Below, piece after piece: positions 1-10,779 of a stretch of 64,000 bases of DNA. The stretch lies in NCBI GenBank assembly GCA_963799485.1, contig CAWCXJ010000013.1, positions 256,001-320,000 on the forward strand. The letters are read 5' to 3'. Position 1 is the first letter of the stretch. Each line of letters opens with the position of its first letter. The notes beneath the pieces are model-generated. The model did no database searches. It saw only the letters and a program-made list of their open reading frames with translations, and was not told the origin of the DNA. Made by a program: the position numbers and the translations under genes. The stretch comes from an uncultured Trueperaceae bacterium (GTDB lineage: Bacteria > Deinococcota > Deinococci > Deinococcales > Trueperaceae).

Positions 1-1161
1 TCGATGACCAATACCGACACCGCCGACGCCGAAGCCACCGCGCTGCAGGTCGCGCAGCTCTGCGAGGCCGGGAGCGAGCTTGTCCGCATCACCGTCAACA
101 ACAAGGCTGCCGCGCAGGCGGTACCCGAAATCAGGGCGAGGCTTAGCGATCAGGGGATAGCCGTACCGCTCGTCGGCGACTTTCATTTTAACGGTCACAT
201 CTTGCTACGCGAATTTCCCCAAGCTGCCGCCGCGCTCGCCAAATACCGTATCAACCCCGGCAACGTCGGTACCGGCAAACGCCACGACGAAAACTTCGTC
301 ACGATGGTTGAAGTTGCCAAAGAACACGATAAGCCCGTGCGTATCGGCGTCAACTGGGGTTCACTAGACGCACAGCTACTCACTAAACTGATGGACCTCA
401 ACGCCGCCTCAGCCGCGCCCAAAGACGCCCGCGACGTGATGATCGAAGCGATGTTGCAGTCTGCGCTGCTCTCCGCCGAACTCGCCGAGGCGCACGGGCT
501 GGGTCACGACAAGATCATCTTGTCGGCAAAAGTCTCAAACGCCCGCGACCTCTGGGAGGTCTACCGGCTGCTCGCAGCGCGCTGCGATTATCCGCTGCAC
601 CTGGGTCTGACCGAAGCGGGTATGGGCGTCAAAGGTGTCGTCGCAAGCGCAGCGGGCCTCAGCGTGCTGCTCGCCGAAGGCGTGGGCGATACCATCCGCG
701 TGTCGCTGACACCTGAACCCGGTGCGCCGCGTACAAAAGAGGTCGAGGCGGCGCAGGAAATTCTAGCCGCGCTCGACCTGCGTAAGTTCTATCCAACCGT
801 CACCGCCTGTCCCGGGTGCGGGCGCACGACCAGCACGCTCTTTCAGGAGATGGCGCGAGATATTCAGGCGTATCTCAAGGCGCAGATGCCGAGCTGGAAA
901 GCGCAGTATCCGGGTGTCGAAGGGCTCCGGGTCGCGGTGATGGGCTGCGTGGTCAACGGCCCCGGCGAATCGAAACACGCCGACATCGGCATCTCGCTAC
1001 CGGGAACCGGCGAAGACCCACGCGCCCCGGTCTACCGTGACGGTCGGCTCGTCGGGGTACTGCAAGGCAAAGAGATTGTCGGGGAGTTCAACCGGATGTT
1101 AGACGCGTACGTCAAAACGCGTTACGGCAAGCTCGAGCCCGGTTACGCGGACAGCCCCTGA
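1..1161 (+). CDS. ispG: (E)-4-hydroxy-3-methylbut-2-enyl-diphosphate synthase (5' end lies before the window)
   Basis: [39 protein letters not shown] and [10 protein letters not shown] motifs. Confidence 0.97.
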   Translation, partial: SMTNTDTADAEATALQVAQLCEAGSELVRITVNNKAAAQAVPEIRARLSDQGIAVPLVGDFHFNGHILLREFPQAAAALAKYRINPGNVGTGKRHDENFVTMVEVAKEHDKPVRIGVNWGSLDAQLLTKLMDLNAASAAPKDARDVMIEAMLQSALLSAELAEAHGLGHDKIILSAKVSNARDLWEVYRLLAARCDYPLHLGLTEAGMGVKGVVASAAGLSVLLAEGVGDTIRVSLTPEPGAPRTKEVEAAQEILAALDLRKFYPTVTACPGCGRTTSTLFQEMARDIQAYLKAQMPSWKAQYPGVEGLRVAVMGCVVNGPGESKHADIGISLPGTGEDPRAPVYRDGRLVGVLQGKEIVGEFNRMLDAYVKTRYGKLEPGYADSP

Positions 1162-1266
1162 ACAAATCGTAACCGAGCGGGCAGCTAGCTGCTACTGTTT
1201 CACGTCGGCTCAGCTTGGCCTAAGCCGGGGTGCTGCCGTAAACCAAACGTCTTAACGGCCCGTGTC

Positions 1267-1326
1267 GCGGCTTTTCACGGTGCTTTTTGCGGTGGGTTTT
1301 ATGATGGATTTTACGGCAGCATTTGC
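1267..1326. repeat. Five degenerate tandem 12-bp units upstream of crtB
   Basis: GCGGCTTTTCAC/GGTGCTTTTTGC/GGTGGGTTTTAT/GATGGATTTTAC/GGCAGCATTTGC; also a 12-bp inverted pair TGCTGCCGTAAA (1231-1242) and TTTACGGCAGCA (1310-1321). Confidence 0.6.
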
Positions 1327-1410
1327 CGAGGCAAGCCAAACCGTGAGATGAGCCGTTGTCCGGGGCACGGCTGACGTGAAACTATGGCTTTAATGAGAGT
1401 TGGAGGTTTA

Positions 1411-2301
1411 GTGACGGATACCAGGGAACTGACGCGGGTATGGACGGCGGCGGACGCGGTAGCCTACTGTACGCAGCTGACCCGCGCACACTCGAGCACC
1501 TTTTACCTGGGTTCCCGTCTTTTTCCGCCGACCGAGCGTCAGGCGGTCGCGGTCGTCTACGCCGTCTGCCGGAGTGGGGATGACGCCGTTGACGAAGCCC
1601 CTTCGAGCGACGCCGCGCAGACGCGCCTGCTGGTCTGGCAAGAACACGTCGAACGCGCCTACGCCGGAACGCCGCGTTCAGGGGCATTTCTAGAAGTCGG
1701 GTTGTCCTGGGTTTTGGAGCGTTTCGACGTTCCGAAAAGCGCTTTCGACGAGCTTTATTTGGGGCTCGAGTCCGATTTGACCGAGCAGTGTTTTGAAACC
1801 ATGGGCGACCTGATGGTCTACTGCCGCCGGGTCGCCGGGGTCGTCGGCCTGCTCGTTGCGCCCGTAGCGGGCTACCGGGGCGGCGACGCCACCTTGCAGA
1901 GTGCGCTGGCGCTCGGTGAGGCGATGCAGCTGACCAATATTCTCCGCGACGTCGGTGAAGACCTGCGGATGGGCCGCTGCTACTTACCGAACGAACTGCT
2001 TGGCAAACACGGAGTGTCACGCTCGGCGCTCGAGGCCGGGCAGGTCACACCCGGCTACATCGCGCTGCTAGAAGAGCTGTCCGAGCACGCGTCGGCGCTT
2101 TACCGGCAGGGGTGGGCGGGTATCCCGAAACTCAACGGCGTCGCCGCCACAGCGGTCGGGGTCGCCGCCCTCAACTACGAGGGCATCTTGCAAAAATTAC
2201 GGCAAAACGGTTTCGATAATCTGACACGGCGGGCGTATCTGCGCCCGGTCGAGCGTTTGGTGCTCATCCCCAAAGCTTTTTACGGTGTTTACGGCTTCTA
2301 A
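1411..2301 (+). CDS. crtB: Phytoene synthase
   Basis: HSSTFYLGS, CRxxDDxVDE, YCRRVAGVVG and LGEAMQLTNILRDVGED motifs; GGAGG at 1402-1406 supports the GTG start at 1411. Confidence 0.95.
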   Translation: MTDTRELTRVWTAADAVAYCTQLTRAHSSTFYLGSRLFPPTERQAVAVVYAVCRSGDDAVDEAPSSDAAQTRLLVWQEHVERAYAGTPRSGAFLEVGLSWVLERFDVPKSAFDELYLGLESDLTEQCFETMGDLMVYCRRVAGVVGLLVAPVAGYRGGDATLQSALALGEAMQLTNILRDVGEDLRMGRCYLPNELLGKHGVSRSALEAGQVTPGYIALLEELSEHASALYRQGWAGIPKLNGVAATAVGVAALNYEGILQKLRQNGFDNLTRRAYLRPVERLVLIPKAFYGVYGF

Positions 2302-2309
2302 GCTGCTCG

Positions 2310-2621
2310 CTACGATTTGCACCGAAAGCCGTTGCCGTAAACGATGATTTCAACGCCTCCCTCGACAACTTTCGGGCTTACAATTCTGACGCCCAACACG
2401 CCGTCGTAGCCTCGTTCGGTAGCTTTTCGCTCGAGCTTCGCCAAGGCGCGCGCCAACGTCTTATCGATCAGCACCTCGTAGTGTTTCATTTCACCGCCGA
2501 CCAGATTACGGACGTTTTCGCGGATGTCTTTGACGACGTTCGCCGCGCTTACGCTACAAACGGTCAACAGCTCGCCGAGTTCGACAGCTTGTGGGAGTGT
2601 TTCTGAGGTGTAGAGCATCAA
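2310..2621 (-). CDS. YbjQ/UPF0145-family protein
   Basis: [23 protein letters not shown]...A...G.DGVLGVR..GNG pattern; start overlaps the upstream gene stop. Confidence 0.85.
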   Translation of the reverse strand: MMLYTSETLPQAVELGELLTVCSVSAANVVKDIRENVRNLVGGEMKHYEVLIDKTLARALAKLERKATERGYDGVLGVRIVSPKVVEGGVEIIVYGNGFRCKS

Positions 2622-4456
2622 ATACGTCTGCGTTTCCGGCGTCTTGTCAGCCGGCGAAACACGTTTACTGCAAAAAATGCAGCGCCCACTACCACCAGAG
2701 CCACAACCAACCCCGCCAAGAGCAAACTACCCAGGCTGTATTTGGCAAGGAGCAAGCTGCCGCTGACGGTACCGGACGAAACTGTCGTCACGTCTTCACC
2801 CAGACCTTGAATAAGGTCGGCGCCAAGTATGCCGAAACTCGGTTCGTTACCGAGAAACGTAACTGCTGTCAAAGGTTCGCGGCTGTTTGCAACCGCGTTT
2901 CTGATAGCTTGCGGTTCGAACTTTGCGAGCCGCGAGGGGCGCTCGAGCAGTCTCACAACGAGCGCGTTAAAGGGTTCTTGGTCTAGCGTACTTGCATACC
3001 AGGCAACGGTCTCGAGCTGCCCCGGATTAAACTCGTTTGTAAGTGCGTTTAGATTGACCCTGGAAAGTTTTAGTAGCGTGTTCATAGCGTCTTTGGGCAG
3101 CGCCGATACTTTAGCAGCTGTTACGATGTTGTCCGTATCCAACAGGCGGTTTAGCGTTTGCTCTGAAAAATCGTCCGGGTTTTTTGAGCGGTAAACTTCG
3201 GTGCTGACAACTTCGTCCAAACGGGTTCCGGCGAGGTCGGCCCAGGCTAGAACAGTCGTGATAGACGGTGAGGTCGTAAGAATCTCGAGCGCCGCGTCCG
3301 GCAATTCTACAACCCGCCTCAGCTCGCCTTTTTGGGCAGCCTCGAGTACCGTGCTTTCGGGAACGGTCTGCACGACCTCGGCAAGTTTGTAGAGGTCGAT
3401 TTCGGGAACCCGCTCGAGTTCTCGCCGGAACGCCGCGTTACGGCTGGCTAAGCCCAAGATCAGCGCGAAGTTCTGGGTAAAGCTCTGCCACTGCGTAAAG
3501 ATTTCGCCGGCGATACCCGCCGAAAGTTCCGCGCTGACCGTGGGCGTGTCTTCACGCAGCGAGGTAGCAATCTCCTCTTGAATCTGCCTTTGGGTCTCCG
3601 CACCGGAAAGCTGACGGCGAATGGCTGGAAACGGCCCACGAACGGTGCTGTCGATTACGTCAAAAACGATGAGACCGCCACCGACGACCCAACCGACGAC
3701 CGGAATCACCGATGAGCCTGCCCGCCCCAAAATACGGGTGGCGATGTTGCCGGCGACGCGGCGCGAGACTTGGGTGCTGAGCCGCCGCGCCACCGCTCTG
3801 GCAACGTAGCCGCCTGCGATTGAGGCGACCCCGACGCCGCTCCTTAAGCCCAGCGTGTCCGGCTGAAAGTTTCCTGTCAGCGCTTCGGTACCTACTTTTT
3901 CAACCTGTGCTTGAATTTCTTGCTTGTAGGTCGTTGCTACGGCGCTTCCGTAGGTGTTGCCGAGATAAGTTTGAAGACACGCTGCCGAGGCCGACGCACT
4001 GCGCGCCGCAACCGACGTAAAACTTTGTGTGAAGTCGTCGGCGACTTCGCCGGCGAGCGTCTCGAGACGGGTGCGAAGCGCCTCGGACGTAAACGCTCTT
4101 TCGGCAATCTGTTCGGCGAGTTCGGTCGCCTGGGCCGGGGAGAAGCTCGCGGTAAGGTTTCTAGTCCAGGCGGTATCCTGACGTACACTCTCTACTGCGC
4201 GGTTGACTTCGGTTTCCAGAAGGTCGGGCAGCCCCAGCTCGAGCCACTTGTTTTCGACCATTCGGGGCAAATCCACCGCACCTAGTTCGGCGTCGAAAAA
4301 TTGCCGGGTTACCTCCCTGAGTTCGCTCCTAAGGTCGTTTTCGTCCAGGTTGAGGCAGCGCTCGAGCGGTGGTGCCGAGTCGGATTGCTGTGCTGATCCG
4401 AGGGTAATGTAGACCAGAATACCCAGCAGCAAAGATATGATGGCGGCTCTATGCAC
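2618..4456 (-). CDS. Hypothetical exported, C-terminally membrane-anchored helical protein (612 aa)
   Basis: Long ORF; signal peptide, central Gly-rich hydrophobic segment, C-terminal TM helix with poly-Arg tail; TAAGCT-N7-GTG leaderless promoter. Confidence 0.8.
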   Translation of the reverse strand: MHRAAIISLLLGILVYITLGSAQQSDSAPPLERCLNLDENDLRSELREVTRQFFDAELGAVDLPRMVENKWLELGLPDLLETEVNRAVESVRQDTAWTRNLTASFSPAQATELAEQIAERAFTSEALRTRLETLAGEVADDFTQSFTSVAARSASASAACLQTYLGNTYGSAVATTYKQEIQAQVEKVGTEALTGNFQPDTLGLRSGVGVASIAGGYVARAVARRLSTQVSRRVAGNIATRILGRAGSSVIPVVGWVVGGGLIVFDVIDSTVRGPFPAIRRQLSGAETQRQIQEEIATSLREDTPTVSAELSAGIAGEIFTQWQSFTQNFALILGLASRNAAFRRELERVPEIDLYKLAEVVQTVPESTVLEAAQKGELRRVVELPDAALEILTTSPSITTVLAWADLAGTRLDEVVSTEVYRSKNPDDFSEQTLNRLLDTDNIVTAAKVSALPKDAMNTLLKLSRVNLNALTNEFNPGQLETVAWYASTLDQEPFNALVVRLLERPSRLAKFEPQAIRNAVANSREPLTAVTFLGNEPSFGILGADLIQGLGEDVTTVSSGTVSGSLLLAKYSLGSLLLAGLVVALVVVGAAFFAVNVFRRLTRRRKRRRI

Positions 4457-4602
4457 GGGCTCGAGCTTAGCACGGGCTATGTTACTGGAAGATGCGGTAG
4501 CGGCAGTGTAGATGAAGCCGACCCGCTAGGGTTGGCAAAGAATATGGAGCTGCAAGACTTACCATCACCGAGCTCTAAATGCTTGGTCGTCCCTTGCCAG
4601 CT

Positions 4603-4631
4603 AAAAAGGGAGTGCTTTCGTAAGCACTCCC
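4603..4631 (-). terminator. Rho-independent terminator
   Basis: Minus strand GGGAGTGCTT-ACGA-AAGCACTCCC-TTTTT (10-bp stem plus U tract). Confidence 0.85.
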
Positions 4632-4656
4632 CTTACTCCGTTTGCTGGAAATGTAT

Positions 4657-6227
4657 CTAGCGTGCGCCGGTAGGCTCGGCGTTACGGTATTCGGAAAAGC
4701 CCGGATGCCGGTCAAACCATTTGGCCCGCGCCGTTTTCCAGACGCCGACGTCGGTGGTGACGTCGAAGCACTCGGGCGCAGCTTCACGCAGCTGTTTAAG
4801 GTAGCTCGCGTTACCGCCGAGGTAGACGACGGTGTTTTTGTTCCCCGACACGCGGCGCGGTCGAGTACGTCGTAGTTGACTTTCGGATCGTCGGAGGGGT
4901 CGATGTAGCCGGCGTACCCGGTAATTAAAAAAACATTGTTTTGAAGGACGAGCTTGCACCCTTTTTTGGGCCCCTGGCTGACCTTGAAGAGCTGATTATG
5001 ACCGGGCCCACCCCGGTTTTTGTAGACTCCGACCTGCGGCTTAAGCGCAATCAGGCTGTCGCGGACGGTAAAGTCGTAATCGACGTCGGCAGTAGCTTTC
5101 TCCTTGCGGCACGACAACCCGGTATACGCCCAGTCGATCAGCACGTCGTCGACCAACCCTTCGCTAAAGCGGTCGTTTTCTACCCCGTCGTCGCCCGCAT
5201 GACGGACATACGAGTCGCGGAAGACCCAGTTGGGGTTGTTGTCCTTAAACGAAATGCCGTCGCCGGCCTGATAGATGGTGAGGTTTTCGACGACCGCGTT
5301 CGGGGTGTTGTAAAAGAGCAGACCGGGGGCGCTGTGAAAGGTGTCCCAGTCGGTGGTGTCGCTCAGGCCGTTGTCGAAATAGCCGCCGTAAAGACAAAAC
5401 GACCCGCCGTTAAGGTTGGTTACGAATGAAGCGCGTAGCTGAGCGCCCCGGGCGTCGATCCGCGCGCCGGAACTTTTGTTGCGGATTACCACGTTGTTCC
5501 GGTAGCTGCCGTCAAGCACAATCTGTTCGCCGCTCCCTCTGTTCAGACACGAAGCGGACGGTACACTGGGCGTGCTAGGCTCCGGCTCCGGGGTAGCGCC
5601 GGGTTTAAGCGTTTTCGGCTCGAAGGCGATCTTGAGTACGGGTGTACGCCCGCTACTTTTATCGCGTGCGTAAGCCGAACGTTTTACGTTACGGTCACCG
5701 GTTACATAAAACGCCAAGGCGTTGCCGCTCTGCCAACCCCCGCGCGATACGACCTCCTGGACAACGCTGCTTAAGTCCCAGGTGCGCGTAGCTAGACCTT
5801 TGCGCCAGGGTTTGGGGTTCCAAGGGGCGACAGCGCTGGTTTTGGCTCTGGTTTTTACGCTGCCGCCAAAAGCAGCAGCGTTGTCCGAGTCTTCCGCCCT
5901 GACCTGCAGCTTGACCGGCGCTGAATCGGCAGCGATAGCGGTAAAGCTGATCGTCGCACTTTTGATCCTGGCCCCTTGTGGAATCTTGACGTCGGTAAAG
6001 CGCAAGGCGACGGTTTGACCTCTTTGCGAAAAATCGAGCGCCTTGCCCCCCTTGTTCAAGCCGGAGCTGCCCTCTTCGGCGTCGTCGGCGTTGCTGGGGA
6101 GTGGAATCCGCAAGCTGGTCGTCGCGGCCTGCGGCTCGAGTTCGGGTAAGTCTTGCTCCAAGCCGCTGCTACACGCCGCGAGCAGTACAAGTGAGCCGAA
6201 TAAAAAGCTTCTAGCGGTCAGTTTCAT
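4657..6227 (-). CDS. Lipoprotein with an N-terminal beta-sandwich module and a pectate-lyase-like beta-helix; frameshifted near 4843-4846
   Basis: LAAC lipobox; DDAEE/LRF..V.IPQGA.I..A.I module; GDGISF and GDDGVEND coils; the C-terminus continues in another frame to the stop at 4657, just before the terminator. Confidence 0.7.
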
Positions 6228-6657
6228 CGTTCCTCCACCCCAAATGATGTCGGTTTGTTCAGGCCGGGTTGCGTGAGGTGAGGCGGAGTGCAGACCACTC
6301 CCCTCGGCCGGTTGCCAGTTCCTGTTCCGGAAACCTAAAAGAACAGAAGATGCTGCTGTCTAAGGGGTGGGGAGCCCCTCTTCTTTACCTACCTTAATCT
6401 AGGCTTAATAATCGTGGGTGTAAGATTTTTCGAATCCGGAACAGTAAGGTGAAAACTTCACATTTCGCTGTCATAAGCTGTCACAAGAGGTATATTCGCG
6501 CCAAAGTCGGGAGCAGGTCGAAGCACGACCGGGTAAAGGCGCTCAACCAAATTCGGTCACTGCCCGGTGCACTATTTGAACGGCAGGCGCGTGACGCGGC
6601 GTTAAAATCTTATCGGGGCTTTCGTAAAGCCGCTGGTCGGTGGGCTAAACTTATGAA

Positions 6658-8196
6658 GTGCCGGATTTCGATGTCATTACCGTTGGGGCGGGTCACAACG
6701 CGCTGATTACGAGCGCGTACCTCGCGCAAGCAGGCTACAAAGTAGGGGTTTTCGAGCGGCGCGACGTGGTGGGCGGCGCGGTTTCGACCAAGGAAATCGT
6801 ACCGGGCTACCAGTTCGATTTAGGCGGCAGCGCCCATATTTTAATTCGCTTGACGCCGATTGTCCAGGAGCTGGGGTTGGAGCGGTTCGGCCTCGAGTAC
6901 ATCGACATCGACCCGCTGTTTTTCGCCCCTTACGACGACGGCGAGAGCGTGTTTATCTACCGCAGTGAACAGGCGACGATAGACGGGCTCGAGCGCACCT
7001 ACCCCGGCGAGGGCGAAGCCTACAAACGCTTTATGGACGACTGGCGGCCTTTCGGTCAGGCCGTCAAAGAGCTGTTTTTAAGCACGCCGAGCCCCTTTAA
7101 CCTCGGCAAAAAGATGATTTTCGGGCGTGCGATTAAGGGCGACTGGAAACAGGCGCTTAGCAAAATCCTCAAACCTTACGGCGAAGTGGTTGACAGCTAC
7201 TTCAAAGAGGAGCGGGTCAAGACGCCTTTGGTCTGGATGGCGGCGCAGTCGGGGCCGCCGCCCTCGGAACCGTTTTCGTCGCCGTTCGTGCTGTGGCAAC
7301 CCTTGTACCACGAAGGCGGGATGGCGCGGCCCAAGGGCGGCTCGGGGATGCTGACGCAGGCGCTGGCGCGGCACATCGAAGCGCACGGCGGGCAGATTTT
7401 TACGGACGCGCCGGTCGAGAAGATTTTGGTCGAAGGAACAAAGGCCACCGGGATTGAGGTAGCTGGACAGGTCTATACAGCGCGCACAGTCGTCGCCGGG
7501 GCGCACGCCTTGGAGACCTTCGGCAAGCTCCTGCCCGAAGAACACCGCCCTGAAAGCAGCAAGAACATGCGCGTCGGCAACGGTTTCGGCGCGGTTTTAC
7601 GGCTGGCTTTAGACGCGCCCGTGCGTTATACCGCCCACCCCGGCGACGAGGCGCGGCGGGCCTTGGGTCTGTTGTGCCGCGACCGGGCGCAACTGAGCGC
7701 GGCCTACGGCGACTTTTTAGCCGGTCGGCCCGCATCCGACCCGCCGATTGTGGCGATGAGTTTTAGCGCGGTAGACGACACGCTGGCCCCGCCCGGCGGC
7801 GAAGTGTTGTGGCTCTGGGCGCAGTATTTTCCTTATGAACTGGTCAAGGGCGCACGCTGGGCCGACATCGAAGACGAGGTAGCCGAGAGCATTTTGGACG
7901 CCTATGAGGTTTACGCACCCGGAACGAAAGCGAAGGTCGTCGGCAAACTGTTTCAACACCCGGAGTGGCTCGAGCGTCACTTAGGTCTCTTCCGGGGCAA
8001 CGTCATGCATTTAGAGATGAGTTTGGATCAGATGTTCGCCCTGCGGCCCTTTCTGGGCATGGCGGAGTACAAAACGCACCTCAAAGGGCTTTACCTGACC
8101 GGCGCGAGTACGCACCCTGGGGGCGGCATCATGGGCGCGTCGGGACGCAACGCAGCGCGGGTCGTCTTAAAAGACCTCGAGAAGAAAAAGGTTTGA
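6658..8196 (+). CDS. crtO: Carotenoid ketolase, CrtO type (phytoene desaturase superfamily)
   Basis: [54 protein letters not shown] and [19 protein letters not shown] recall Deinococcus CrtO; TAAACT-N6-GTG start. Confidence 0.88.
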   Translation: MPDFDVITVGAGHNALITSAYLAQAGYKVGVFERRDVVGGAVSTKEIVPGYQFDLGGSAHILIRLTPIVQELGLERFGLEYIDIDPLFFAPYDDGESVFIYRSEQATIDGLERTYPGEGEAYKRFMDDWRPFGQAVKELFLSTPSPFNLGKKMIFGRAIKGDWKQALSKILKPYGEVVDSYFKEERVKTPLVWMAAQSGPPPSEPFSSPFVLWQPLYHEGGMARPKGGSGMLTQALARHIEAHGGQIFTDAPVEKILVEGTKATGIEVAGQVYTARTVVAGAHALETFGKLLPEEHRPESSKNMRVGNGFGAVLRLALDAPVRYTAHPGDEARRALGLLCRDRAQLSAAYGDFLAGRPASDPPIVAMSFSAVDDTLAPPGGEVLWLWAQYFPYELVKGARWADIEDEVAESILDAYEVYAPGTKAKVVGKLFQHPEWLERHLGLFRGNVMHLEMSLDQMFALRPFLGMAEYKTHLKGLYLTGASTHPGGGIMGASGRNAARVVLKDLEKKKV

Positions 8197-8200
8197 GCCG

Positions 8201-8614
8201 GTGAGCCGTTACGCCGTAAAAATGCAAACTCCGAGTGTCGAAGATTACATTTGCATTCGCCTCGCTGCCGGACTCAGCCGCAAAACTGAAGCAGCGGCGA
8301 CGATTGGCCTGAAGAATTCGCTTTTTGCCGTTACGGTTTTTTACGGCGCTGAAAGGGTTGGCGTAGGCCGGGTGATCGGTGACGGCGGCTGTTTTTTTGA
8401 AATCGTCGATATTGCCGTTTTGCCCGAGTATCAAGGGAAGGGCGTCGGCAAAAGCATCATGGACGCGCTTATGGTCTATATCCGCGAACACGCGCCCAAA
8501 AGCGCCTATGTAAGCCTGATGGCGGATCACGGCACGCCTGACTTTTACGCGAAGTTCGGCTTTCGTAAAGCCGAAGCGCCTCACGCGGCGGGCATGTACC
8601 TGCGCGTCTCGTGA
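8201..8614 (+). CDS. GNAT-family N-acetyltransferase
   Basis: [24 protein letters not shown] and FYAKFGF motifs. Confidence 0.9.
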   Translation: MSRYAVKMQTPSVEDYICIRLAAGLSRKTEAAATIGLKNSLFAVTVFYGAERVGVGRVIGDGGCFFEIVDIAVLPEYQGKGVGKSIMDALMVYIREHAPKSAYVSLMADHGTPDFYAKFGFRKAEAPHAAGMYLRVS

Positions 8615-8629
8615 CCCACTCGTAATTCG

Positions 8630-10081
8630 ATGACCTACTTGCAATTCCACTTCGTTTTTATCTTGCCGCCGCTGCTTTTACTTGCGCTGCTGACGTGGCG
8701 TTCTTGGCGGCGGGGACAGGTGGCCCAGGCCGGACTCGTCGCCCTTGGTGTTCACGTCCTCTTGGCCCTCGTCTACACGACGCCGTGGGATAACCTGCTG
8801 GTGGCGCGCGGCGTGTGGGGTTACGGCGAAAACCGGGTGCTCTTTACGCTCGGCTTTGTGCCGTTTGAAGAGTATCTGTTTTTTATCTTGCAAACGCTGC
8901 TGACGGGGTTGTGGGTGCTGCTTTTGCGCCGCCGTCACCGGGTCGGTAATCTGGTCAATCATCCGGTTGATGTCCCGGTACCTGAATCCCGGAAAACCGC
9001 CGTCCGCCTTGTCGGGGCGCTGGTATGGCTCGGTTTGGCAGCGGCGGGCGTGCTGGCTTTGACGACGCCGCGCGGGTTCTATTTCGGGATGATTGCGGCG
9101 TGGGCTGCGCCGATTCTGGCGCTTCAGTGGGGTTTCGGCGGCGACCTGCTGTTACGGCGACCTTACGTTCTACTCGCCGGATTCCTGGTACCGACGCTCT
9201 ATCTGTGGGTAGCCGACCGTCTGGCGCTGGGTCTGGATATCTGGTGGATTTCACCGGAACTCTCATCGAATCTGGCGATTTTCGGGCTGCCCGTCGAAGA
9301 AGCGCTCTTTTTTCTGCTGACGAACCTGCTGGTCGTTTTCGGGCTGACGCTGGCTTTGGAACCCGCGGCGATGGCGCGTCTGCGCGCCCTCCGCACGCTC
9401 AGCCCGTGGCGTTTCGTGTTGGGCTTGTGGGCGCTCTCGATGGTGCCGACGCCGCTCTTTCCGGATTATTTTGCGGCGCTGGCTTATCTCAGCACCGGCC
9501 TTCTGACGCTCGGCGTGTTCGGGTACGCGCTGTCGCGTTACGCTCACAAAGCCTGGCTGCTGTTTACGGCGGCCTTCGGCTTTGGGCTGCTGGTCGAATG
9601 GGTCGGATACACGACCGGCGTCCCGTTCGGCGCTTACGACTACACTGCGCCGGGGCCGCAGCTTTTGGGGGTGCCGCTGCTGGTGCCGCTCGGCTGGTTT
9701 GCGTTTGCCTTGATCGGCCTCGAGCTCTCCCCGCCCGGCAGCAAACGCTGGCTCGCGCCGCTGGCTTTGGTCGCCTGGGACGTGGGGCTCGACCCGCTGA
9801 TGGTTTCGCAGGGGTTCTGGGAGTTTGACCGGGGTGGGTACTACGGCATCCCGCTGAGCAATTTTCTGGGCTGGTTCGTCGCCGGAGCCGTGCTCGTGAC
9901 GCTGCTGGGGTGGCTCGAGCCCCGTCTGCTGCAAAACACTTCGCCCGACTTACGCGCCGTGTTTTGGGCGCAGGCATTTCTTATCAGCGTCGGGCTGCTA
10001 TTTTACGGCCTGCCGTGGGCGGCGTTGGCGGCGTTTGTAGCGATGGGGTCGGTGGGGCTGTTGGCAAGCCGGGTTTTATGA
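8630..10081 (+). CDS. Fused lycopene cyclase (CrtYc+CrtYd) and CruF-type carotenoid 1,2-hydratase
   Basis: MTYLQFH, YTTPWDN, PFEEYLFF and LPVEEALFF cyclase repeats, followed by EWVGYTTGVPFGAYDY, GVPLLVPLGW, AWDVGLDP and YYGIPLSNFLGW CruF motifs. Confidence 0.85.
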   Translation: MTYLQFHFVFILPPLLLLALLTWRSWRRGQVAQAGLVALGVHVLLALVYTTPWDNLLVARGVWGYGENRVLFTLGFVPFEEYLFFILQTLLTGLWVLLLRRRHRVGNLVNHPVDVPVPESRKTAVRLVGALVWLGLAAAGVLALTTPRGFYFGMIAAWAAPILALQWGFGGDLLLRRPYVLLAGFLVPTLYLWVADRLALGLDIWWISPELSSNLAIFGLPVEEALFFLLTNLLVVFGLTLALEPAAMARLRALRTLSPWRFVLGLWALSMVPTPLFPDYFAALAYLSTGLLTLGVFGYALSRYAHKAWLLFTAAFGFGLLVEWVGYTTGVPFGAYDYTAPGPQLLGVPLLVPLGWFAFALIGLELSPPGSKRWLAPLALVAWDVGLDPLMVSQGFWEFDRGGYYGIPLSNFLGWFVAGAVLVTLLGWLEPRLLQNTSPDLRAVFWAQAFLISVGLLFYGLPWAALAAFVAMGSVGLLASRVL

Positions 10082-10779
10082 ACGCCTACTTTGCTTCGCT
10101 TGCGGCGCGTTTACGGGCACGGCTGACGGCGCTGATCGCCTGGAGCTTGCCCTTTTTGATCCGCCGCTCGTTAGCCCGTGATCTGCACGGCGTTTACGCT
10201 AAAGGCGACTGGAACGGCCTCTCGCCGGGTGGCGCAGTGTTGGCGGCGAACCATCACAGCTGGTGGGACGCGTATCTGGCGTGGTTTATCGGACAAAAGC
10301 TGAGGCGGCCTCTAAGCGGCTTGATGCTTCCTGAGACCTTGGGGCAGTTCCCCTTTTTTCGCCAGCTTGGGGCCGTACCGACGACCGAACTGCGCGAAGC
10401 GCTCCGGCGTTTACAACGTGGCGAACTTTTGGTTGTGTTTCCTGAAGGCGAGCTGCGCTCAGCCGGGTACGTGGAAGTTTTGCAACCGGGTTTGGGGTTT
10501 CTGGCGTCGCGCGCCGCCGTGCCGGTCTATCCGGTGGCGATTCGCGCGGTGCTGCGCGGGGCGCAGCGCCCGGAAGTATTTATTATTTTAGGGGACGCGG
10601 TCGCTCCGGAAGAGGTGGCGGGGGCGCTGAACGGGCTTTTGGCGGGGTTGGGGCGTGAGCTGGCCCAAGCCAACCCTGAAAAACCGCTGCCGGGGTTTGT
10701 GTGCTGGCGCGGCGGCGCAGCGAGTACGAACGAACAGGCCGCCTGGGTAGGTAAACTACTCGGCAGGAGGGCGAGATGA
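10078..10779 (+). CDS. cruD: Carotenoid glycoside acyltransferase (CruD-like, PlsC family)
   Basis: NHHSWWD and VFPEG motifs; ATGA overlap with the upstream stop; operon context. Confidence 0.75.
   Translation: MNAYFASLAARLRARLTALIAWSLPFLIRRSLARDLHGVYAKGDWNGLSPGGAVLAANHHSWWDAYLAWFIGQKLRRPLSGLMLPETLGQFPFFRQLGAVPTTELREALRRLQRGELLVVFPEGELRSAGYVEVLQPGLGFLASRAAVPVYPVAIRAVLRGAQRPEVFIILGDAVAPEEVAGALNGLLAGLGRELAQANPEKPLPGFVCWRGGAASTNEQAAWVGKLLGRRAR

Noticed and set aside
4843..4846. Programmed -1 ribosomal frameshift in the lipoprotein gene
   Set aside because: No in-frame canonical X XXY YYZ heptamer; a simple indel is more parsimonious
9025..9977. Long alternative-frame and antisense ORFs here and elsewhere (e.g. 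1382-2020, 53397-54044)
   Set aside because: Arg/Ala/Pro-rich shadows of GC-rich genes that have clear family motifs in another frame
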